Assembly (NCBI RefSeq): GCF_006345805.1 | Contig: NW_021826132.1 | Coordinates: 1-15,019, forward strand | Origin: Octopus sinensis | Lineage: Eukaryota | Length of the DNA stretch: 15,019 bases | Direction of reading: 5' to 3' | Part shown: in pieces, positions 1 through 10,889 of the stretch | Position numbering within the stretch: position 1 is the first letter of the stretch | Layout of the letters: each line of letters opens with the position of its first letter | Notes under the pieces: model-generated | Database searches by the model: none | Seen by the model: only the letters and a program-made list of their open reading frames with translations | What the model was told of the DNA's origin: nothing | Program-made: the position numbers and the translations under genes

Positions 1-49
1 ATATTTTACCCCAGTGTCACTTTGATGGCATGAACTGCTCTCCTCATCA

Positions 50-81
<32 letters not shown>

Positions 82-113
82 TAATAACAATAATAATATA
101 ATAATAATAATAA
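1..113 (+). mobile_element. Probable 3' end of a SINE with (AAT)n tail (cut by window start)
   Basis: Short unique segment ATTTTACCCCAGTGTCACTTTGATGGCATGAACTGCTCTC is directly followed by (AAT)n at 49-113. It resembles, from memory, the 3' terminus of an abundant octopus SINE. The head is not in the window. Confidence 0.45.
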
Positions 114-239
114 TCAGTTAACAGGAATGCACTACAAAAAGCACATCAACAACAATTGTCTAACGGTGTTGGAGGACAAACAGACACAACGGCGCACACA
201 CACACACACGCACATACACACACACACACACTCACACAC

Positions 240-240
<1 letters not shown>
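114..240 (-). mobile_element. Diverged 3' half of a tRNA-derived SINE (probably the same family as 1787-1935)
   Basis: Minus strand reads (TG)n-TGTGTCTGTTTGTCCTCCAACACCGTTAGACAATTGTTGTTGATGTG. This resembles the segment I recall following the internal (TA)/(TG) tract of the octopus SINE whose head is at 1787-1935. The assignment rests on a recalled consensus. Confidence 0.45.
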
Positions 241-243
<3 letters not shown>

Positions 244-302
<59 letters not shown>

Positions 303-332
303 TAATAATAATAATAATGATAATAATAATAT
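244..332. repeat. (AAT)n microsatellite
   Basis: Direct reading. Confidence 0.95.
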
Positions 333-594
333 TAGGGAGTAAATCCAAACTTACAGGGAAAAATTAGATTTAGGATTAAATCTAATTTTACAGTATAGAT
401 ATATATATTTTAAATTAGAGATAAAATCACTATTAGGCAAATCAAACAGTGAAAAACATAAACCAAAACATAGAACTAAATTTAATTAATATATTTTATA
501 TATTTTGTATATATATTAATTAATTTGATTTCTATGTTTTGGTTTATGTTTTCACTGTTTGATTTGCCTAATAGTGGTTTTATCTCAATTTGAA

Positions 595-600
<6 letters not shown>
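325..600 (-). mobile_element. Short PLE remnant: pLTR 3' end plus 5' leader, with inverted copy (arms ~403-495 / ~511-600)
   Basis: The reverse complement of 325-400 aligns with 11390-11462 (AAAATTAGATTTAATCCTAAATCTAATTTTTCCCTGTAAGTTTGGAT vs AAAATTGGATTTAATCCTAAATCTGATTTTTTTCCTGTAAATTTGGAT). Bases 530-600 align with the pLTR end 11320-11388 at roughly 70% identity by eye. The arms are reverse complements of each other. Confidence 0.8.

Positions 601-664
<64 letters not shown>
596..664. repeat. (TA)n microsatellite
   Basis: Direct reading. Confidence 0.95.
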
Positions 665-667
<3 letters not shown>

Positions 668-814
668 AAAGCAATAAAGATTCAAGTTAATTAAATGAAT
701 TTACTTGAATATGGTACCTAACTTAGATGCACCAAAAGAAAACTATACTGTTTTAACAATACCGTAAATGGGGGTGGTGATTATAAGCGAGAAAGAGCAA
801 CAAGAATGGATAGG

Positions 815-906
815 TTTTTAGTACAATCGTTTCATACAAGGACAGGCTTTATTAAAAGTTGTAAAAATTACAGCCTATAAACGTGTCCCGTACTCATCAG
901 CTAAAA
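815..906 (-). ncRNA. Type I hammerhead ribozyme, extended stem II
   Basis: Minus strand: TTTTAG-CTGATGA-GTACGGGACA...TGTCCTTGTAT-GAAAC-GATT-GTA^CTAAAA. Stem I is TTTTAG/CTAAAA, with core CUGAUGA and GAAA. Predicted cleavage is after GUA (between 822 and 821). Confidence 0.85.
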
Positions 907-1587
907 TACATGTGAGTTCTCTAGACATCCTAGTGGTTGAGGCTATACTCATGAAGTTAATGTAGATAATTAAGTAACATAAACAGATTCCAAAGTTCAT
1001 TAAAGTTCTTTAAAGATGATGTATCACAGAATTTAAAAAAGTTCTAATAGCATCACAGAAGAGGTGACCTAATCCATAGAGCACATATGAATTTGCCAGA
1101 GATATGATGAGGGATTACATACTCACAGAAGACAAATTTATCCATTGTTAATCACAACGAGGTGGGTCTCAATTCCTGCTTATTAGCATTACAGAGAGGG
1201 TGAATTAATCCTTTGTATAGATGCACAATTTCCAATGGAGATGTAAGTTTCCATTGGAAATTGTGCATCTATACAAAGGATTAATTCACCCTCTCTGTAA
1301 TGCTAATAAGCAGGAATTGAGACCCACCTCGTTGTGATTAACAATGGATAAATTTGTCTCTGTGAGTATGTAATCCCTCAATATCTCTGGAAATTCATAT
1401 GTGCTCTATGGATTAGGTCACCTTCTCTGTGATGCTATTAGAACTATTTTAAAATTCTGTGATAGGACTGTACATCATCTTTAAAGAACTTTAATGAACT
1501 TTGGAAATCTGTTTATGTTACTTAATTATCTACATTACTTCATGAGTATAGCCTCAACCACTAGGATGTCTAGAGAACTCACATGTT

Positions 1588-1682
1588 TTTTTAGCTGATG
1601 AGTACGGGACACGTTTTTATATGCTGTAATTTTTACAACTTTTAATAAAGCCTGTCCTTGTATGAAACGATTGTACTAAAAA
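1588..1682 (+). ncRNA. Type I hammerhead ribozyme, extended stem II
   Basis: TTTTTAG(1588-1594) CTGATGA(1595-1601) GTACGGGACA...TGTCCTTGTAT GAAA(1664-1667) C GATT GTA(1673-1675)^CTAAAAA(1676-1682). All core nucleotides and stems I-III are present. Confidence 0.85.
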
Positions 1683-1711
1683 CTATCCATTCTTGTTGCT
1701 TCTTTCTCGCT

Positions 1712-1786
1712 TATATATATATTATATATATATTAATATATAATATATATAATATATATATATATATATATTACATATATATATAT
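1712..1786. repeat. (TA)n microsatellite at the end of the palindromic element
   Basis: Direct reading. Confidence 0.95.
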
Positions 1787-1935
1787 ACGGGCTTCTTTCA
1801 GTTCCGTCTGCCAAATCCACTCGTAAAGCTTAGATGGGTCTGAGACTACGGTAAATAATACTTGCCCAAGGTACCATGAAGCGGGACTGAACCCGAAACT
1901 ATAGGGTTGAGAATCAAGCTTCTTACCACATAGAT
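1787..1935 (-). mobile_element. tRNA-derived SINE, 5' half (CORE-like central motif)
   Basis: Minus strand: TGTGGTAAGAAGCTT (A-box region), GGGTTCAGTCCC (B box), GGTACCTTGGGCAAGT (CORE-like motif), GAGTGGATTTGGCAGACGGAACTGAAAGAAGCCCGT, then (TA)n. It matches my recollection of a common octopus SINE. Confidence 0.8.
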
Positions 1936-3197
1936 ACAATTTGGAATTACCAGTGTTTCGACAATGATTTGTAGAAAAATTATGAAGGTTGAGAAAAATA
2001 AAATGAATATGTAAAACGTCATGAAATTAAATGATATTAAAATGCAAGAAAGAGTTAAATTGAATAAAAAAAAAAAAAGGAATTGGTTTAATAAATCAAA
2101 TTTTGGTTAAATAGAAGAGTATTCGTGTGTAGGAATAGAAGAATAAAAAAGCATAAATATAGAATGAACTCTTAATTAAAGAAATTTTGATTCCTTTTTA
2201 ATTTGAAATCTCACTGAGTGAATCAACTTGTGCTTTTCGAGTAATATAATCTGCACAGAGTAAAAGGAAAAGGGAGTAACTGAGGCGTTTTCTTATTTAA
2301 CATTAAGGAATTTGAAAGGTAAAGGAAAAAATATCAGATAAGAAATGCGGAAGAGGAGGGGATTAAGGCATGCCGTAGAGATTAAGCTCAGATTTCAATA
2401 GTGAAAAAGATATTGAAAATATTCTAATTTATTAAAAGGTGATACATTTTAAGAAACACTTTTCTTAGTTTAGTTCTTTTTATATATAATATCTATCAAG
2501 ATTGAAGATGAATTCCATATATATGAAATTTCGAATTACGATGCGCTTCGAAATGAATTTAAACCTGAATTTGTAACTTGTAATTTAGACGATGATAAAT
2601 TCATTAACCATCGGTTAAAGTGAACAAAAGGGAAAATTGTTATACTGTCGAATGAACAGCAAATGTGTTATGTATCTAGTACGAATTTTTTTTTGTAGCA
2701 TCAACGACAAGTACCGATGGATTGAAACATACGGCAGATTGTGCCGAATTGAAATTAATCAATGAAATTAATACTCTGACGTGACGTGAAGTCACAGCAT
2801 CAAATAGGTGTGAACTAGTTTACTATAAAGCTATATGTATACGCACACATATATGTAAATATATGGGCACACATGAACAGAAACACATATACACATGTAC
2901 ATACATACATTTATAAATGTATGGTATTATATGTATGTGTGTATGTATATATATATATATGCAGAGTATGGACAGTTGTCAGAGGACCCCCAAATGTTCA
3001 GGGGTGCAATTCTGTTCTTCTGCTTTGATGCTAAGTAAAATAATAAATCGAATAGGGTGTCGTGCATTGACTCGCCAAGAGACCTATACAAAACGACCCT
3101 AAAAATATTATATACATTAGTAAATGCATGCATATAAATATATATATATATACATACGCACTTTTCCTCTCCCCTCTCGCTCTCTCTCTCTCTCTTT

Positions 3198-3241
3198 ATA
3201 TATGTATGTAATATATATAGATACATATATATATATATATG

Positions 3242-3275
<34 letters not shown>

Positions 3276-3316
3276 ATATATATATATATATATTATATAT
3301 ATATATATTATATATA
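3198..3316. repeat. (TA)n-rich microsatellite
   Basis: Direct reading. Confidence 0.9.
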
Positions 3317-3819
3317 TTTGCTCTTAATCTTTTGTTTTTAACAAGTCTTGGACAGCGGCCATACTGGCATGGCAAAACCTCCAAGGATTTTAATAGCATG
3401 CATTAATAATTCCCCTATCAGCATGCTCGCACGCACATATACACACAGATACACATGCACACACACACACAGACACACAGACACACACACACACACTCAC
3501 ACATATGCATTCATACGCATGCACATACGCAGCAAAAACCACCTACACTCAATTTATAACGTCGACAGAGTGTATACGGAATGCCGCACGCGACAACTTC
3601 TTAATTCATAAAATTTCACTCTTTATCTCTCGCCTTTCTCATCCACTCACACAAATTTCACTCATGCTCACTCTGCCCCCCTCTCTCTCTCATTCTCTCT
3701 ATTGCTGTATATATATATGTGTGTGTGTGTGTGTGTGAGTGTGTATTTATGTATATGTATATATATTATACATATATCCACATATATTTATTTTCTATCT
3801 ATCTATCTGTCTATCTATC

Positions 3820-3899
<80 letters not shown>

Positions 3900-4523
3900 A
3901 TATATATAATATATTTATATATATATATTTATATACATATATATATATATATATATATTAATAAACACCACATACACATATATATATATATATATATACC
4001 ATATACATATCCATGTAAATATAAATATACATGAATGATTGTGATTGAAATATGAGTGTGTGTGTGTGTGTGTGTGTGTGTGCATGCGTATGTGTATACG
4101 TGGGTGTTAATATAATGCGATTATCTATCTGTTTCTTCCTTAAATATCTAATTATGGGTTCCATTTTCGCTCGTTTCATCTCTACTTCCAAACCTCCATG
4201 TCCTAAGCTTTTTCTTTCGCTTGCCGCCTCTTCCTCACACGCACGCCTTACACACACTTAAATGCCTTCGTTCTCTCTCTCTTTAAGATGGCAATACCAT
4301 AAAACTGAATGTGCATTCTCTACGCATTCGACCATAGATTGCTAACAGAAAGAGAGATAGAAATAAACGGAATTCTATACACATAAACACAGGCACGCAC
4401 GTATATACACCACCACGCGTCACACATAACACACACACGCACATACATATATATAAATACCTATAGCTATGTATGCATATATATACACATACATACCTAC
4501 CTACCTAGCTACATACATACATG

Positions 4524-4578
<55 letters not shown>

Positions 4579-4642
4579 CGTATCTATTCAGATATGTAGC
4601 TATATATGTATATATGCATACATATATGTATATATATATATG

Positions 4643-4673
<31 letters not shown>

Positions 4674-4708
4674 ATATATATAATATATTATATAATATAT
4701 ATATGTAA

Positions 4709-4756
<48 letters not shown>

Positions 4757-5340
4757 TATAATATATATTATATATATATATTATTTTGCTCTTAATCTTT
4801 TGTTTTTAAAACAAGTCTGGACACGGCCATACTGGCATGGCAAAACCTCCAAGGATTTTAATAGCATGCATTAATAATTCCCCTATCACAGCATGCTCGC
4901 ACGCACATATACACACAGATACACATGCACACACACACACAGACACACAACACACCACACACCACACTCACCATATGCATTCATACGCATGCACATACGC
5001 AGCAAAAACCACCTACACTCAATTTATAACGTCGACAGAGTGTATACGGAATGCCGCACGCGACACTTCTTAATTCATAAAATTTCACTCTTTATCTCTC
5101 GCCTTTCTCATCCATCACACAAATTTCACTCATGCTCACTCTGCCCCCCTCTCTCTCTCATTCTCTCTATTGCTGGTATATATATATGTGTGTGTGGTGT
5201 GTGTGTGAGTGTGTATTTATGTATATGTATATATATTTCATATATCCACATATATTTATTTATCTATCTATCTATCTGTCTATCTATCTATATGTATATA
5301 ATATATATATATATATATATGTATATAAAATATATATATG

Positions 5341-5373
<33 letters not shown>

Positions 5374-5403
5374 ATATATATATATTATTTATATATATAT
5401 ATT

Positions 5404-5434
<31 letters not shown>

Positions 5435-6006
5435 TAAACACACATACACATATATATATATATATATATATCTATACATATCCATGTAAATAAAATAAAT
5501 ATACATGAATGATTGTGATTGAAATATGAGTGGTGTGGTGTGTGTGTGTGTTGCATGCGTATGTGTATACGTGGGTGTTAATATAATGCGATTATCTATC
5601 TGTTTCTTCCTTAAATATCTAATTATGGGTTCCATTTTCGCTCGTTTCATCTCTCTACTTCCAACCTCCATGTCCTAAGCTTTTTTTCTTTCGCTTGCCG
5701 CCTCTTCCTCACACGCACGCCGCCTTACACACACACTAAATGCCTTCGTTCTCTCTCTCTTTAAGATGGCAATACCATAAAACTGAATGTGCATTCTCTA
5801 CGCATTCGACCATAGATTGCTAACAAGAAAGAGATATAGAAATAAACGGAATTCTCTATACACATAAACACAGGACGCACGTATATACACCACCACGCGT
5901 CACACATAACACACACACGCACATACATATATATAAATACCTATAGCTATGTATGCATATATATACACATACATACCTACCTACCTAGCTACATACATAC
6001 ATGCAT

Positions 6007-6060
<54 letters not shown>

Positions 6061-6210
6061 CTATCTATTCAGATATGTAGCTATATATGTATATATGCAT
6101 ACATATATGTATATATATATATGTATATATAATATATATATCTATATTATATAATATTATATATAATATATATATATATAATATATGTAAATATATATAT
6201 ATATACATAT
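3317..6210 (+). repeat. Direct tandem duplication, ~1.47-kb unit x2 (3317-4784; 4785-~6210)
   Basis: Unique anchors recur at a ~1470-1480 offset: TTTGCTCTTAATCTTT (3317/4785), GTCGACAGAGTGTATACGG, TTAAGATGGCAATACC, TATCTATTCAGATATGTAGC (4581/~6062). Confidence 0.92.
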
Positions 6211-6304
6211 ATTTATATATATACTTGTATACACGTATATATGCACTTTATATATGTGTGTATATATAACTATATATATACGTATATAATTACAGAGTAC
6301 AGTT

Positions 6305-6357
<53 letters not shown>

Positions 6358-6435
6358 CATATGTATATTTATATTATTATATATATGTATTATATATGTA
6401 TTATATATGTACGTATATATCTATATATGTATATA
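6210..6435. repeat. (TA)n-rich low-complexity tract
   Basis: Direct reading. Confidence 0.85.
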
Positions 6436-6767
6436 AGTGTTTGTGTGTGTGTGTTTGTGTGCATTATAGAGAGAAAGGAAGATAAAGAGGCGAGCAAGAA
6501 CAACACAAAAAGACAGACACAGAGCGGGAGAGAAGGACAGTAAGCGCTTCCACATTAGGCTAATGTTCACTGCTTAGTGAAGCTCAGCAGAATTACTGTA
6601 TAATTAAAGGCATGAGATGGGCTGTTGATAAGGGAAATTCCGTTAGATGAAACTCTAGCTAAATAAATGATCTGGAAAGCACAAAATAGCAAGGCCGAGC
6701 ACACAAGTTTCACAATTGGTCTAAATGTGAATATATACAGATGGATACCAGGGCGTCAGGGAAAGGG

Positions 6768-7045
6768 TGTGTGTATGTATGTGTGTATGTATGTATGTAT
6801 GAATGTATGTATGTATGTATGTATGTATGTATGTATATTTGTATATATATATATGTATATATGTAGGTATGGATGTATGGATGAATGTATGGATGGATGA
6901 CTGGACGGATGGCTGGAGGGACGGATGGATGGATGGACGTATGGATGTATATTTGTATGTATGAATGTCACTATGTATGAATACACACACACACACTCAC
7001 ATACACATATATGTATGTATATATGTATATGGATATTTGTGTATA

Positions 7046-7083
<38 letters not shown>

Positions 7084-7140
7084 AGTATATATCTATATAT
7101 ATATATATAGTACATATATACTATATATAAATATATGCAT
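6768..7140. repeat. Compound microsatellite (TATG)n / (GGAT)n / (CA)n / (TA)n
   Basis: Direct reading. Confidence 0.9.
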
Positions 7141-7438
7141 GCAAAAGTGGGCAAGCGCAGTTCTACACAAACATATGCTCACACACACATATAGTAATTA
7201 GATATAGAGCGTAGGTTGATGTAAATATCAATACACCACACACCACACCACACACACACACACACACACACACTTATATACATATATATCATTCTATGTA
7301 TATAAAGAAAGATATAACGGTTAAAGAATGGAAGAAAGCAAATTTGTAAATATATGCGCCTATGCAATTATACTCACACACATATATGAGTGTGTATATA
7401 TACATAGATACGTATGCACATGCCCACATATATATATA

Positions 7439-7657
7439 TTTCTTTACTACCCACAAGGGGCTAAACATAAAGGGGACAAACAAGGACAGACAAAGGGATT
7501 AAGTCGATTATATAGACCCCAGTGCGAAACTGGTACTTTATTTATCGACCCCGAAAGGATGAAAGGCAAAGTCGACCTCGGTGGAATTTGAACTCAGAAC
7601 GTAACGGCAGACGAAATACGGCTACGCATTTCGCCCGGCGTGCTACCGTTTCTGCCA
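7439..7657 (-). mobile_element. tRNA-derived SINE (second family)
   Basis: Minus strand: TGGCAGAAACGGTAGCACGCCGGGCGAAATGC (A-box region), GAGTTCAAATTCC (B box), central motif GACTTTGCCTTTCATCCTTTCGGGGTCGATAAA..AAGTACCAG seen in many metazoan SINEs, 3' end GCCCCTTGTGGGTAGTAAAGAAAT followed by (AT)n. Confidence 0.85.
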
Positions 7658-8134
7658 TACATATGTTGCAGGCAAATGTCAGTTAGTGTGTGTGTTTATA
7701 TAATAAATCACTTGAAATATGGACATTAATTTAATCAGTGGGTCCATGCATTTTGTGAGAAAGCGTTTATGATTCGTGCAGAAGAGGGGTCGGGGATTGG
7801 AAGACAGTTTAACGAAAGACACAGAGAACACCTGATGTAAGAAATGGCTAAATGAGCGAACGAGAAGCATAGACAAAGGAAAAGGTTGATAGTGAAGAAG
7901 TGAAAGTGAAAGCAAAAGAGATATATAGAGAGAAACTAAGCGTCGTAGGGAGAGAGAGAGAGTTTTGGTGGGAGGTAAGTTTTGGTGAAGAGGGAAGGAC
8001 AAGAGGAATGGAGGGCGGGAGTTTATGAAAAGAGAGAAAGTGATTTAGATTTCAGAATGGTTCCTGCGTGTAAGTTAGAGGTAGACATTAGAAATTTGCG
8101 CTGAGATGTTTATCGAATGGTCTGATGTCTTCAT

Positions 8135-8355
8135 GTGTGTGTGTGTGTGTGTATGTATGTATATATACATATATATATATATGTATTGGAGAGAGAGAAA
8201 AAGATATATATATACATATATATATCTATATATATATATATATTTAGCTACATAGGTAGATAGATATATATACAAATAGACTGATAGATGCATATAGACT
8301 TAGGTACATACATGTAAACACGCTTTCTTCACACACACACACTCATATATATATG

Positions 8356-8387
<32 letters not shown>

Positions 8388-8410
8388 GTATATACATATG
8401 TATATACATG

Positions 8411-8444
<34 letters not shown>

Positions 8445-8495
8445 CGTGCGTATGTCTCTGTGTGTGTACATGTTCCACATATACATATATATAAA
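8135..8495. repeat. (TG)n/(TA)n low-complexity tract
   Basis: Direct reading. Confidence 0.85.
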
Positions 8496-8579
8496 TGCAG
8501 GTGAAAATGTGTAAAAGATACAAAACAACGATGGACAAAGACGGAAAAACAATAATAGATGAAATATTGAGACTCATTG

Positions 8580-8655
8580 ATAGACGGACAGACAGACAGA
8601 CAGAGAAGCAGGCAGACGGACGGACGAATGGACAGAAAGATAGATAGATAGATAA

Positions 8656-8712
<57 letters not shown>

Positions 8713-8760
8713 CAGATAGATATATAGATAGAGACATAGATAGACAGATTGATAGATACG

Positions 8761-8828
<68 letters not shown>

Positions 8829-8877
8829 GAGATAGATAGATAAATAGATAGATAGATAGATAAATAGACAGACAGAC

Positions 8878-8935
<58 letters not shown>

Positions 8936-8965
8936 GTAGGTAGGAAGGTAGGTAGGTAGGTAAGT
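8580..8965. repeat. (GATA)n array (~8639-8935) flanked by (GACA)n and (GGTA)n
   Basis: Direct reading. It is the source of the spurious 290-aa (SIYL)n ORF. Confidence 0.95.
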
Positions 8966-9179
8966 AGGTACCAACTGTGAGCTATAGGTATTGGTAGATA
9001 TATTGTTAGAAAAACAAAAAGGAAAATTACAAGATGACAGAGAGAGAGAGAGAGTGTAAGGAAATGTGAGTGAGAAAGGAAGTGAGTAAAAGGAGAGAGA
9101 GTGAGGCAGAAAGCGAGTGAATGGGAGAGAGAGAGAGAAATAAGAAATAAGCGAATGAATGTTTGTGTGCATGACAGAG

Positions 9180-9780
9180 TGGTGTTGTGTGTGTGTATAT
9201 GTGTATCTATGAATGTTTTTGTATGTGTATACTACTGTATTTATTCGGGTTCACGTATGCTTCTTTATGTATAGCATTTCTGTATGTATGCCTGTATGAA
9301 TGTATGCATGTATGTATGTATGCATGAATGTATGTACATATGTATATATGTGTGGTGTGTGTATGTAGGTAATATGTACATTCAAATATATGTGTGTATA
9401 TATATATATATATAAAATATATATACATATAATATATATATATGTATATATATATATATATCTATATATAATATATATATACATATTTATGTGTGTACAT
9501 ATATTTATTATATAATATATATATGTATATATAATACATATATATGTATATGTGTGTGTGTATCTATTTTTCGATATGCCTGTGTGTGAGAGAGTGTGCG
9601 TGTGTATTTGCATATGTGTGCGTGTGTGTGAGCGTCTGTGTGTCTGTACTCATGTGTGTGTGCATGTGTGTGCGTGTGTATGTGTGTGTGTCTGTACGCA
9701 TGCGTGTGCGTGGATGTGTGCGTGTGCCTGCGTGCGTGTTGTGTTTCTGTGTTTGTGTATGTGGTGTGTGGGTGGGGGTG
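9180..9780. repeat. Degenerate (TATG)n/(TA)n/(TG)n low-complexity region
   Basis: Direct reading. Confidence 0.85.
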
Positions 9781-10206
9781 AGTGGCTGTTTGAACGGAAA
9801 AACTAAAGGGATATTTGTGGCGTATTTACGTTGACCTTATTGGGTCCTAATATTGATTTATTGAACGCTTTACTGGTAGAAACAGCTAAATGGCAGCCAT
9901 ATTGAATTCCCTTTCGTGCTCCGTCCCGTTTGTAGAATAGATTCTAACACACGTTACTAAACATTACTTTCACTTTCTCAATCACTACTCCCTCGATAAC
10001 AGCAGTTTTCCCCTCGCAAACATTGCCTCTTACTTTTAATTATAATATAACGTACATAACGTTTTGAACCTGGCAAACAATGTCGTCTTCGGCTTGCTCT
10101 TTCTCGCTTTTCCTGATTTTTCATAAATAATCGTCTCTTCCTACCTCCTGTCTCTTTCTACCTCCGCTCCTCTGCTATTTTTCCACTCATACTTTACCTT
10201 CTGTGC

Positions 10207-10262
<56 letters not shown>

Positions 10263-10263
10263 C

Positions 10264-10312
<49 letters not shown>

Positions 10313-10408
10313 GTCTATCTGTTTTCTATCTGTTTATCTCACACTCTCTCTTCATATATATATATATATATTGTGTGTGTTTTGTGTTGTATATATATGT
10401 ATATATAT

Positions 10409-10451
<43 letters not shown>
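10207..10451. repeat. (TCTA)n followed by (TA)n
   Basis: Direct reading. Confidence 0.95.
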
Positions 10452-10454
<3 letters not shown>

Positions 10455-10457
<3 letters not shown>

Positions 10458-10642
10458 GGCGCTTGGGTCAGTGGTTAGAGCGTCGAGCTTACAATCGTGT
10501 GGTTGTTGAGTTCGAATCACAGACCAGGCTGAGTATTGTGTTCTTGAGCAAGACACTTCATTTCACGTTGCTCCAGTTCACTAAGCTTTAGAAATGAGGT
10601 GCGACGTGACAGCTACCAAGCTGTATCGGCCCCTTTGCCTTT

Positions 10643-10646
<4 letters not shown>
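10455..10646 (+). mobile_element. tRNA-derived SINE (third family), apparently 3'-truncated at (TA)n
   Basis: A box TGGGTCAGTGG (10464-10474), B box GTTCGAATC (10510-10518), central TGTGTTCTTGAGCAAGACACTT motif. The sequence stops abruptly at GCCTTTCCCT and is followed by (TA)n. Confidence 0.85.
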
Positions 10647-10678
<32 letters not shown>

Positions 10679-10759
10679 TTCATACTTATACATGTACGTT
10701 GACAGTGATAAAAGTATGTGCGAATATGGGCGAATACGTATGAGTATATATGTATATAT

Positions 10760-10805
<46 letters not shown>

Positions 10806-10889
10806 TATTTGAGACAAAACCACTATTTTGCAAAACAAACAAGGAAAGACTTAATCAATACATAAAATTTAATAAATGTCAAAAAACCG

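Larger units (their letters stand above)
782..1715. repeat. Large inverted repeat (arms 782-1239 and 1250-1715, 10-nt loop GATGTAAGTT); probable non-autonomous PLE-derived element
   Basis: Arms are near-perfect reverse complements along their length, e.g. GATGCACAATTTCCAATGGA / TCCATTGGAAATTGTGCATC at the centre and TATAAGCGAGAAAG / CTTTCTCGCTTATA at the ends. Each arm carries an HHR. No RT or EN motifs were found in the frames I translated. Confidence 0.92.

Noticed and set aside
2776-2790. TGACGTGACGTGA tandem CRE-like half sites
   Set aside because: It is a short motif with no promoter or gene context.
3322-3390. Possible decayed SINE 3' terminus (CAGCGGCCATACTGG), also in the duplicate at ~4790-4860
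   Set aside because: Similarity to a remembered consensus is too short and weak to support.
6566-6581. TTCACT-GCTT-AGTGAA hairpin in a unique segment
   Set aside because: A 6-bp stem is expected by chance and has no supporting context.
7832-7860. CTGATGT...GAAA as a further hammerhead
   Set aside because: The core deviates from CUGANGA and there are no supporting stems.
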